Below are positions 8,726 to 17,125 of a stretch of 64,000 nucleotides of DNA, in pieces. Origin of the DNA: an uncultured Acidobacteriota bacterium (GTDB lineage Bacteria > Acidobacteriota > Thermoanaerobaculia > Multivoradales > SZUA-115); NCBI GenBank assembly GCA_963805975.1, contig CAWDVR010000001.1, positions 1,376,001 to 1,440,000 of the forward strand. The letters are read 5' to 3'. The notes beneath the pieces are model-generated. The model did no database searches and was not told the DNA's origin. It worked only from the letters and a program-made list of their open reading frames with translations. How positions within the stretch are numbered: position 1 is the stretch's first letter; each line of letters starts with the position of its first letter. The position numbers and the translations under genes were made by a program.

Positions 8726-10557
8726 TGCGCGTCTGGACTGCTGCCACGCGATGGGATGCGTGGCTCACCGCGAGCCGCTTCCTCTGCCTGGCCGTCCTGT
8801 TGCTCGCACCGGCGGCCGCCGCCGAGAACGAGACGGCGGCGGCGGCTTTCGAAGCGGTGGCGCCCCTTCTCGCCACCGGCGAGGACGCGGCGGACGCAGA
8901 GCAGCGCGACATCATGCCGATGACCACGAGCCTGCCGTGGGGCGCGGTCGGTTTCGTCGACAACGGCTGCACGGGAGCGCTGATCGACAGCCAGCACGTG
9001 CTTGCGGCGTCGCACTGCTTCACTTTCGACTTCGATGGGACGACGGCCGCCGGCCAGCCGTACCTCCAGGGCGCCTGGCAGACCGGCCTCGTCTTCTTCC
9101 CCAACTACCACCCCGCTCGCGCCAACCCGCCGCGCATCCCGATCGACCGGGTGATCGTCGGCAGCCGCGCGCAGAGCGACCCTGAAACGGCCGCGGACTG
9201 GGGAATCGGCCACCTGGCGCAGCCGGTGACCGGGTTCCCGGCGCTGCCGCTGTCGCCCGCGGAGACCTGGCAGTACCCGAGCTTCGTGCAGTTCGCGGGC
9301 TATGGGCGCGATGCCACCGTCTATCCCCAGCAGTCGGCCTCGTTCCCCGAGCCCTCGCCGGGTGGCTTCTGCGCCAACTTCAAGGGCAATTGCTGGTGGA
9401 TCCCCGCCTTCGTCGACCCGAAGTGCCTGGCGCTCGAGGAGGCGAACGGGTATGTGCGCACGGACGACCTGAGCTGCCCTACCCTGGGAGGCAACTCGGG
9501 CTCGCCGGTGATCCGGGACGTCGGGGACCCAGGCGCCCCGACGTTTCGCATCACCGGGGTGATCAGCGGTGGAGGGGGGTTCTGGAGCGCGCACCGCTTC
9601 CGGCACGCCCCTCGGTTTGCGGCCGGGCTGGCGGTGGCGTCCCACGACGACGGCTCCCAGCGCACGCAGGTCTTCGCCACGGACCGTGACCTGGGGCGCG
9701 TCGTCAGCCGCCAGCGCACGGGAACGGGCGCGGCGGACCTATTCACCTACTTCCGCGACCTCGGAGCCGTCCCTAGCCCGGGGCCGCTGGCGGCCTTCCG
9801 GCTCCCGAACGGCCGGCCTCAGCTCGTCGTCCTGGGCGGCGGCAGCCTCCACACCAGCCATGCGACGGCCAGCGGGTGGAAGGCATGGAAGAAGCTGGCC
9901 GTGCCGCCCGCGGCCCGCGGCTTTCTCGACCTCGCCGTCGCCTCGGATGCCGGCGGTCTGCCGCAGCTCTTCCTGGCCGCCGGGCCGCAGGGCCTTTTCA
10001 CGATGCGCGCGACGAGCGCCGGCAGCGAGGCGGTGTGGGAGCCGTGGGTGAAGCTGACCGCGATCTCCGACGCCCGCCGCGTCACGGCCGTCCGGCACGG
10101 TGACGGCCGGGTGCAGGTGCTCGTGGTGTCGACGACCGGAGCGGTGCAGAGCCTCTCGCAGACCGATCCCGGCTCCGGGTCGGCCTGGTCGCCACCAGTC
10201 GCCTTCGGTGGCCCTGCCCTGTCGGCCCTCGTGGACATCACTGCCGCCTGGGCGACCAACGGGCGCGTCCAGGTGTTCGCGGTCGATGGCACGGGCGACG
10301 GCTGGACGCGCACGGCGACCGGCGGGTCACCGGCCGCTGGCTGGGGTGCGTGGCAGAAATGGTCCGTTCCGCTCCACGCGCCCGCGGCCGCGAAGCCGCC
10401 CAGGCTCGACGGCATCGTGTCGCTCACCGCGAGCCGCTGGCAGGAGGACCAGAACAAGGTGCTGCCGGTGGTCTTCGCCACGGACCAGCAGGGCAACATC
10501 TACGTCACCACGCTGGTGGACGGCGCGTGGCGGCCGTGGCGCTCGTTCTACAACTAG
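8725..10557 (+). CDS. Secreted trypsin-like (V8/glutamyl-endopeptidase-type) serine protease with C-terminal beta-propeller repeats
   Basis: Signal peptide. Catalytic triad motifs CTGALI..VLAASHC, ADWG and GNSGSP. Repeated DGRxQVF...W..W blades in the C-terminal half. Confidence 0.8.
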   Translation: MRVWTAATRWDAWLTASRFLCLAVLLLAPAAAAENETAAAAFEAVAPLLATGEDAADAEQRDIMPMTTSLPWGAVGFVDNGCTGALIDSQHVLAASHCFTFDFDGTTAAGQPYLQGAWQTGLVFFPNYHPARANPPRIPIDRVIVGSRAQSDPETAADWGIGHLAQPVTGFPALPLSPAETWQYPSFVQFAGYGRDATVYPQQSASFPEPSPGGFCANFKGNCWWIPAFVDPKCLALEEANGYVRTDDLSCPTLGGNSGSPVIRDVGDPGAPTFRITGVISGGGGFWSAHRFRHAPRFAAGLAVASHDDGSQRTQVFATDRDLGRVVSRQRTGTGAADLFTYFRDLGAVPSPGPLAAFRLPNGRPQLVVLGGGSLHTSHATASGWKAWKKLAVPPAARGFLDLAVASDAGGLPQLFLAAGPQGLFTMRATSAGSEAVWEPWVKLTAISDARRVTAVRHGDGRVQVLVVSTTGAVQSLSQTDPGSGSAWSPPVAFGGPALSALVDITAAWATNGRVQVFAVDGTGDGWTRTATGGSPAAGWGAWQKWSVPLHAPAAAKPPRLDGIVSLTASRWQEDQNKVLPVVFATDQQGNIYVTTLVDGAWRPWRSFYN

Positions 10558-10616
10558 GCTGGCGAGCCCTGGCTACCGTCGGCCAGCTCCTCTGCTCTCT
10601 CCCCCGCGTGTCGAAG

Positions 10617-10711
10617 TGTCATCCCGAGCGGAGCGAGGGATCTGGGGGCGGCGGTTGCTCGCGACTCGACAGTGGTCCCCACCCAGATCCTTCGCTGCGC
10701 TCAGGATGACA
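10617..10711. repeat. REP-like palindromic element (GTCAT-tagged inverted repeat pair)
   Basis: TGTCATCCCGAGCGGAGCGAGGGATCTGGG ... CCCAGATCCTTCGCTGCGCTCAGGATGACA between convergent genes. A related arm lies at 49940-49982. Confidence 0.85.
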
Positions 10712-10712
10712 G

Positions 10713-13700
10713 TCAGTCAGCTCCTGGGCTGACCGCGGGAGGCGCCCCGCCCATCTCGGCCTGCAGCGTCGCGATCTCGGTGGCGAGGCGGGGGTCGGCC
10801 GCGAGGGCGCGTGCCGCCAGCGCGCGCACCTGCTCGGCCTTGTCTGCCGACTTTCCCTTGCCCGAGGCCAGCCACAGGAGCTCGGCCTTGGCGAAGAGCA
10901 CCGCGCCGGAGCCGGGCTTGGCCGCCAGCACGCGATCGGCGGCGGCGAGCCCTCTGGCGAGCAGCGCTGCTGCCGGGCGGCCCTGCACCAGGGCCCAGCG
11001 AGCGTGCACCCGGCACAGCCTGGCGCCCTCCTCGTGGAGCTCCAGCGCTGTCGGGTTGGCCTCCGCGGCACGGGCGAGGAAGGACTCCGCCTGCTCGATC
11101 GCGGCTCCGAGATTGGCACCGCGCTGCGCCTTCCACTCCGCCTCCAGCCGGTAGATGCGCGCCAGCTCTACCAGCACGTCGAAGTCCTCGCCACCGGCGG
11201 CGAGGGCGGCCAGGGCATGCTCCCGGGCTTCGTCGAGCGCGGGTGTTGGATCCTGGCCCGAGGCCATCGAGTGCGCCGCCTTGCCGCGGTAGGCCATGGC
11301 GAGATTGGGCAGCGCGGTCGTGTAGTCCGGGTTCAGCTCCACGGCTCGGTTCAGAGTGCCGATCGCCTGATCGTAGGCGGCGGTCGGGTCTTTCCCGGCC
11401 TGCGCCTCAAAATCGGCCTGGTCGAGAAAGGCCACGGCGAGGTTGTTGCGGTAGCGGGGGCTGTTGGGGTTGAGCTCGACCGCCTGGCGCAGGTCGGCGA
11501 GCGCGGAGCCCAGCAACTGCGCGGGGTCGCGGCCCTCCTGCATCTCGAACTCGGCCCAGGTGAGGAGTGCGTTGCCGCGGTTGTTCCACGGCATCGGGTC
11601 CTGCGGGTCCACCCGCTGGCTCTCGCGGTAGCGGCCCACGGCCCGCTCGAGCATCGGCCGCGGGTCGCGGCCCATCCCTTTCTCGTAGTCGGCGCGCTCG
11701 AGGTAGACGTTGCCCAGGGTGCCGAGGGTCTCGGCCCAGGCGGGCTGGATCTCGAGCGCTTTCCCGAGGCTCGCCTCGGCCTGCTCGAGCAAGGCGCTGG
11801 GGTCGTGGCCGCGGTCGCTCTGGATGCGGCCCAGCGCGAGGTTGGCGAGGCCGTGTGAGCGGTGCGCCAGGGCCTCGCGCGGGTTGCTGCGCAGGGCTCG
11901 TTCGGCGAGGTCGATCGCGCGGTCGAGCTGAGGTTGTGGATCGCCGCCGGTGCGCAGCAACTGGGTGCCCCACAGCCAGCGCAGGTATGCCTGGCGCGCG
12001 TAGGCGTCCGCCAGCTCGCGGTCGGCGGTGAGCGCCTGGTCGCAGCGCGCCAGGGCCTGCTCGGCCTGGGCCTCCGAGAAGCGGCGGAACTCGGCGTTCA
12101 GGCTGTTGACCCGGATCAGGCGCTCGCACTCGGCGGCGTAGAGGTTGGGATCGCTCTTGCCGATGTCGAGCAGCTCGGCGTAGACCGCGCCGGCCCGTTC
12201 GAAGCTCGCCAGCGCTTCCTCGTAGCGGCCGCGCGCCCAGTCGCGGTCCGCTTCCTCGATGGCGATCTCGGCCAGGAGCTGCCGCGCGTCGTAGTACCAG
12301 CGGTCCTCTTGGGCGGCGGCGGTGGCCTTGGCCCGGGCCTCGTCCAGGCGGTGCGAGAAAAAGGCGATCAGGGCCTGGACGTAGGGTGTTCGCGCCTCCG
12401 GGCTGTCGCCGGCCGCCAGGTAGCGCAGGGCCGGGCGCTGGTATTGCCTCTCGACCCGCTCGAGGTGCCGGTTGCGCACCTCGAGCCCGCGATCCTCGGC
12501 CGGGCTGGGCGGTCCGGTCTCCTTGAGATCGATAGCGAGGAGCGCCTTCTGATAGAGCCTGCGCAGCGCCTCGGCGAGGGCCAGGGCCACGTCGGGCCGC
12601 CGCTCGCCGCTCTCCCAGGCAGTCTCCAGGTGGTCGAGCGCCAGCTCGTAGTCGTTGAGCGCCAGGTGGCCGCGGCCGAGCGCGTACTGGCCGGGGCCGT
12701 GGGCGACCCTGCCGAGCTCGTCCATCTCGCGCCGGATCTGCTGCAGCCGCGCCCGCAGCCGGTCCTTCTCCGGTCCCAGGTCGTGGAGCGGCAGGAACGA
12801 GGCCAGCCGCATCTCGTCCTCGCTGTCCGCCACCTCGCGCTCGAAGCGCTGCAGCAGGCGGGCCCGCTTGCCCTGCTCCAGGTAGGCCCCCAGGCTGACG
12901 GTGCCGAGGATGGCGAGCGCCGCCACCGCCCCCACCAGCACCCAGGCGACGGCGCGGTTGCGCCGCACCCATTTCTGCGCCCGGTAGGCGAGGCTCGCCG
13001 GCCGCGCCAGGACCGGCACGCCGTCCAGATAGCGGCTGAGGTCCTCGGCCAAGGCACGCGCCGAGTCGTAGCGCTGCTGCGGCTCCTTCTCCAGGCACTT
13101 CATGGTGATGGTCTCGAGGTCGCGGGGGACCTCGGGCATCCGCCTCCCGAGCGGCACCGGCCGGTGGCTCACCACCTTGATCAGCGCGTCGGCGAGGCTC
13201 GCGCCCTCGATCGGCAGGTAGCCGGAGAGCAGCTCGTAGAGCACGACGCCCAGGCTGTAGACGTCGCCGCGGCGGTCCAGGGGCCGGCCCTGCGCCTGCT
13301 CGGGTGAGAGATAGGAGGGCGTGCCGGTGACCGCCCCGCTCCTGGTGAGAGCCAGGTTGTCCTGGTCGTGCGCCAGGCCGAAGTCCAGCACGTAGGGGGA
13401 GAGCACGCCGTCCTCGCGCCGCTCGACCAGGATGTTGCCGGGCTTGAGGTCGCGGTGGATGAGGCCCATGCGGTGGGCGGCGTGCACGGCCTCGGCCACG
13501 TCGCGCACGATCTGCACTTTCTCTTCGAGGGTCAGGGTGTCGACCGTGTGGCCGAGCGTCTCGCCCTCGATGTACTGCATGGCGATGTAGGGATGGCCCT
13601 TGACCTGGTCGGTCTCGTACACCCGGCAGACGTGCTGGTGGTTGACGCGCGCCTGGGCACGCGCCTCGCGCAGGAAGCGCTCCACCTGCCGCGGGTCGGC

Positions 13701-14183
13701 CGAGCGCAGGAACTTGAGCGCCACGAAGCGGTTGAGCTGCGGGTCGTAGGCCTTGAAGACCTGCCCCATGCCGCCGGCTCCCAGGAAGGCGCCGATCTGG
13801 TAGCGCTCCCAGCCGGCCAGGAAGGCAAGGCTGTCGGCCGGCGGCAGTTGAGTGCCGGGAGCGGTCTGCCTGGCCCAGTCGACGCCTCCCGCCACTCCCG
13901 GCGCCGCTCCCTCCCCGGGCCGTCCCCATTCCTCGGGATGGGGCCAGTCCTCGGCATGGGGCAGGCCCGCCGGGCTCCACGGAACCTCGACGCGGGTGAT
14001 CTCGGTCAGGTCCGCGTCGCGCATCAGGCGCTGGACGACGGCCTCGGAGAGGTCGCCGCGCCGCACCAGCACGCGGGTCCTGGCGCCGGGCGGGCCGGGG
14101 AGCAGGGCATCGATCGTCTCCTGGCGGAGCAGACCCTCTTCCACCGCCCGCCGCAGCATGCGGGCCTCGCTCTTGGAGTCCAT
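10713..14183 (-). CDS. Membrane Ser/Thr protein kinase (Hanks type) with TPR repeats
   Basis: GAGGMG, VALK, HRDLKPGN, DFG and YLSPEQ motifs, one transmembrane helix, then a long TPR array. Confidence 0.93.
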   Translation of the reverse strand: MDSKSEARMLRRAVEEGLLRQETIDALLPGPPGARTRVLVRRGDLSEAVVQRLMRDADLTEITRVEVPWSPAGLPHAEDWPHPEEWGRPGEGAAPGVAGGVDWARQTAPGTQLPPADSLAFLAGWERYQIGAFLGAGGMGQVFKAYDPQLNRFVALKFLRSADPRQVERFLREARAQARVNHQHVCRVYETDQVKGHPYIAMQYIEGETLGHTVDTLTLEEKVQIVRDVAEAVHAAHRMGLIHRDLKPGNILVERREDGVLSPYVLDFGLAHDQDNLALTRSGAVTGTPSYLSPEQAQGRPLDRRGDVYSLGVVLYELLSGYLPIEGASLADALIKVVSHRPVPLGRRMPEVPRDLETITMKCLEKEPQQRYDSARALAEDLSRYLDGVPVLARPASLAYRAQKWVRRNRAVAWVLVGAVAALAILGTVSLGAYLEQGKRARLLQRFEREVADSEDEMRLASFLPLHDLGPEKDRLRARLQQIRREMDELGRVAHGPGQYALGRGHLALNDYELALDHLETAWESGERRPDVALALAEALRRLYQKALLAIDLKETGPPSPAEDRGLEVRNRHLERVERQYQRPALRYLAAGDSPEARTPYVQALIAFFSHRLDEARAKATAAAQEDRWYYDARQLLAEIAIEEADRDWARGRYEEALASFERAGAVYAELLDIGKSDPNLYAAECERLIRVNSLNAEFRRFSEAQAEQALARCDQALTADRELADAYARQAYLRWLWGTQLLRTGGDPQPQLDRAIDLAERALRSNPREALAHRSHGLANLALGRIQSDRGHDPSALLEQAEASLGKALEIQPAWAETLGTLGNVYLERADYEKGMGRDPRPMLERAVGRYRESQRVDPQDPMPWNNRGNALLTWAEFEMQEGRDPAQLLGSALADLRQAVELNPNSPRYRNNLAVAFLDQADFEAQAGKDPTAAYDQAIGTLNRAVELNPDYTTALPNLAMAYRGKAAHSMASGQDPTPALDEAREHALAALAAGGEDFDVLVELARIYRLEAEWKAQRGANLGAAIEQAESFLARAAEANPTALELHEEGARLCRVHARWALVQGRPAAALLARGLAAADRVLAAKPGSGAVLFAKAELLWLASGKGKSADKAEQVRALAARALAADPRLATEIATLQAEMGGAPPAVSPGAD

Positions 14184-14227
14184 GAGTAGGTTCGCGATCT
14201 TAGCAGCCGGGCCGCCGGCGGCCCGAG

Positions 14228-14746
14228 CTACGAAGGCTTCGAGAAGGTGCCGCGCTGCCGGTCCTTGACCACACCCGGGAAGGCGAGCACACGCCCGTGG
14301 GCCACGGCGTAGACGCCCGGCGGCAGCACCCCGGTGGCGAAGATCGCCTCGGTGAGGTTCTGCAGGGCGTCGGACTGCTTCATCTCGTAGGGCCGCATGG
14401 CGCCGGTCAGCACCACCGGCACCCGCGGCGCGGGGATCCTCTCCAGGAAGCGCTCGCCGGTCTCGGCCAGGGTGTCGGTGCCGTGCAGGACGACGACGCC
14501 GTCCACCGCCTCGCCCGCCGCCGCACCGCAGTCGAGGACCGCGGCGGCGACCGCGTCACGGTCCTCGCCGGTCATCACCAGGCTGTCCTTGCTCATCACC
14601 TCGACGACGTCGATCGTAGTGTCCTCGAGTCGCAGGTCGTTCAGCATACGGCGCACCACCGAGCCCCGGTTGGCGAGCTCGCCGGTCGTCTCGTCGTAGG
14701 TCTTCTCGATCGTACCGCCGGTGGTGATGACGATGACCCTGCGCAT
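14228..14746 (-). CDS. Short asparaginase-domain protein
   Basis: TTGGTI, HGTDT and VVLTGAMRP motifs; N-terminal asparaginase domain only (172 aa). Confidence 0.88.
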   Translation of the reverse strand: MRRVIVITTGGTIEKTYDETTGELANRGSVVRRMLNDLRLEDTTIDVVEVMSKDSLVMTGEDRDAVAAAVLDCGAAAGEAVDGVVVLHGTDTLAETGERFLERIPAPRVPVVLTGAMRPYEMKQSDALQNLTEAIFATGVLPPGVYAVAHGRVLAFPGVVKDRQRGTFSKPS

Positions 14747-14837
14747 GAGTCGGCGATCTTACCGTGCTGCACGGAGTGGGTGCTGGGGGTGGGCCCGATG
14801 CGTGGTACAAGGACCGGGTGCGGAGGTCACCCGGGTC

Positions 14838-15845
14838 ATGAAGATCGCGTTGTTGGGGCCCGTCGCGTGGCGTACGCCACCGCTTCACTACGGGCCGTGG
14901 GAGCAGGTGACCAGCTTGATCGCGGAAGGATTGGTCGCCCGCGGCATCGATGTGACGCTGTTCGCGACGCTCGACTCGCAGACCCGTGCGAAGTTGGATG
15001 GAGTGTGCGCGACCGGTTACGAGGAGCAGCCAGCGCTCGACGGACGGGTCTGCGAAGCGCTGCATGTGGCGCACGCGCTGGCCCGCTCCGCCGAGTTCGA
15101 TCTCATCCACAACCACCTCGACTGGCTGCCGTTGGCGTTCGCGGAGCACGTCAAGGCGCCGTTGGTCACCACGATCCATGGCTTCTCCGGGCGCCGTACG
15201 CTGCCGGCTTACGTGCAGGCGCGGGCTTCCTCGTTCGTGTCGATCTCCGATGCTGATCGCACGCCCGAGCTCGTGTACCTGGCGACGGTCCACCACGGCA
15301 TCGATCTCACGGCATTGCCTTTCTCGGCGACCGCCGGTGACGCCCTGGTGGCGTTCGGCCGCATCCACCCCGACAAGGGCACCGCTGACGCGATCGAGAT
15401 CGCGCGGCGCGCGGGCCGCCGGCTCGTCCTCTGTGGGATCGTTCAGGACGTCCGGTATTTTCGCGAGCAGGTCGAGCCCCATATCGACGGCGATCGCGTC
15501 ACCTACCTCGGCTCGGTCGGGCCGGCTCGCCGAGCCGAGATCCTCGGCGCGGCGGCGGTGCTGCTGCATCCGATCGCGTTCAACGAGCCGTTCGGTCTCT
15601 CGGTGGTCGAGGCGATGGCGTGCGGAACCCCGGTGATCACGTATCCGCGGGGCTCGATGCCGGAGATCGTCGACGCGGGTACGACCGGCTTCTTGGTCGA
15701 CGGCGTGGCCTCGGCGGCGGGCAGGGTCGATGCGGCCGCGGCGCTCGACCGCAGCGCGATCCGGCGGGTGGCCGAACGCCGCTTCGGAGCGGCGCGCATG
15801 GTCGACGACTACCTGGCCGTGTACCGGCGCATCCTCGCCGCATGA
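14838..15845 (+). CDS. Glycosyltransferase family 4
   Basis: MKIALL..PPLHYGPWE, GRIHPDKG and EPFGLSVVEAMACGTPVI motifs. Confidence 0.92.
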   Translation: MKIALLGPVAWRTPPLHYGPWEQVTSLIAEGLVARGIDVTLFATLDSQTRAKLDGVCATGYEEQPALDGRVCEALHVAHALARSAEFDLIHNHLDWLPLAFAEHVKAPLVTTIHGFSGRRTLPAYVQARASSFVSISDADRTPELVYLATVHHGIDLTALPFSATAGDALVAFGRIHPDKGTADAIEIARRAGRRLVLCGIVQDVRYFREQVEPHIDGDRVTYLGSVGPARRAEILGAAAVLLHPIAFNEPFGLSVVEAMACGTPVITYPRGSMPEIVDAGTTGFLVDGVASAAGRVDAAAALDRSAIRRVAERRFGAARMVDDYLAVYRRILAA

Positions 15846-17050
15846 CGAGAGAGCCGGTTCCGCGCTTCGAGCTGGGCTGCAACTACTGGCCGCGGCGCAG
15901 CGCGATGTACATGTGGCGCGAGCTCGATCTGGGCGAGGTCCGGGCCGAGCTGGCGCAGATGCGCGATCTCGGCTTCAGCGTCGTGCGCTTCTTCCTGCTC
16001 ACCGAGGACTTCCTGCCCGAGCCGCTGCGCGTCGCGACCGACAAAATCGCACAGATGGTCGAGGTCGCGCGCATCGCCAGCGAGGAGCGGATGGCGACCA
16101 TTCCGACGCTCATCACCATCAACATGAGCGGCAAGATGTGGTGGCCCGCCTTCATGCGCGATCCGGGCCGGAGCCTGTTCGCCGACCCCACGTTGCTGCG
16201 CTCGCAGGTGCTGCTGGTCGAGACTTGTGCGCGCGCCTTGGCGGGCGATGCTTCGATCCGGGCGTTCGATCTCGGCAACGAGCTGGATGACGCGCAGGCT
16301 CTGCCGAGCCGCGATGCCGGCTGGCTCTGGGCGGCGCTGCTCTCGGGTGCGGTCCGGCACGCGGCGCCCGGTGTGCCGGTGCAGTTCGGTTCCCACCTGC
16401 CGTCGTTGCGGACCGCTACGCACATGCGCATCGACGACTTGGCGAGCGTGGTCGATGAAGACTGCATGCACGCCTATCCGCTGTATTGCGACGCTGCCCA
16501 AGGCTTCCTCGATCCGGAGCTCGTGCCCTTCGCCTGCGCCCTGACCGCGGAGCTGGCGGGCACCGGCCGGCCCGCGCTCATGCACGAGTTCGGGATCTGC
16601 ACCGCGGCCCAGGGCAGCCCGGGTGGGCTCATCGACGACGACTTTCTGGGGCGTCCGCTGCGGCAGTACCTGGCGTCGGAAGAAGAGGGTGCGCGCTACT
16701 ACGAGCAAGTTCTCGAGCGGCTCGCCGCGACCGGGGCGGCCGGCGCCTACGCCTGGTGCTACGCCGACTACGATCCGCGGCTCTTCGGTCGCCCGCCGTT
16801 CGATCGCGCGATTCGCGAGCGCTCCTTCGGCCTGGTACGCGCCGATGGCAGCGAGAAACCTGGCGCACAGGCGGTGCGCGCGTTCGCGAGCCGCCTCGAG
16901 CGCGGCGAGGTGCGGTTCGGCCGGGCACCGAAGCTGCTCGATGTGTCGGCCGACGCCTATTACCTGGCGCCCGACAGCCATTTTCGACGTCTTTACGCGC
17001 ACTGGCTCGGCGGGGCCTCGGCCGCGAGCGGTGTCGCCGGGGGGAAGTAG
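15842..17050 (+). CDS. Clan GH-A glycoside hydrolase (GH5-like)
   Basis: GCNYWP, VRFFLL, DLGNE (acid/base), HAYP, HEFG (nucleophile) and ERSFGL. ATGA overlap with GT4. Confidence 0.8.
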   Translation: MTREPVPRFELGCNYWPRRSAMYMWRELDLGEVRAELAQMRDLGFSVVRFFLLTEDFLPEPLRVATDKIAQMVEVARIASEERMATIPTLITINMSGKMWWPAFMRDPGRSLFADPTLLRSQVLLVETCARALAGDASIRAFDLGNELDDAQALPSRDAGWLWAALLSGAVRHAAPGVPVQFGSHLPSLRTATHMRIDDLASVVDEDCMHAYPLYCDAAQGFLDPELVPFACALTAELAGTGRPALMHEFGICTAAQGSPGGLIDDDFLGRPLRQYLASEEEGARYYEQVLERLAATGAAGAYAWCYADYDPRLFGRPPFDRAIRERSFGLVRADGSEKPGAQAVRAFASRLERGEVRFGRAPKLLDVSADAYYLAPDSHFRRLYAHWLGGASAASGVAGGK

Positions 17051-17125
17051 CCCGGCACGGCGAGAGGGTCCGCGACGACCACCGCCGATATACTTGCGCC
17101 GTCCCGCAGCACTCCCGGAGACGAT

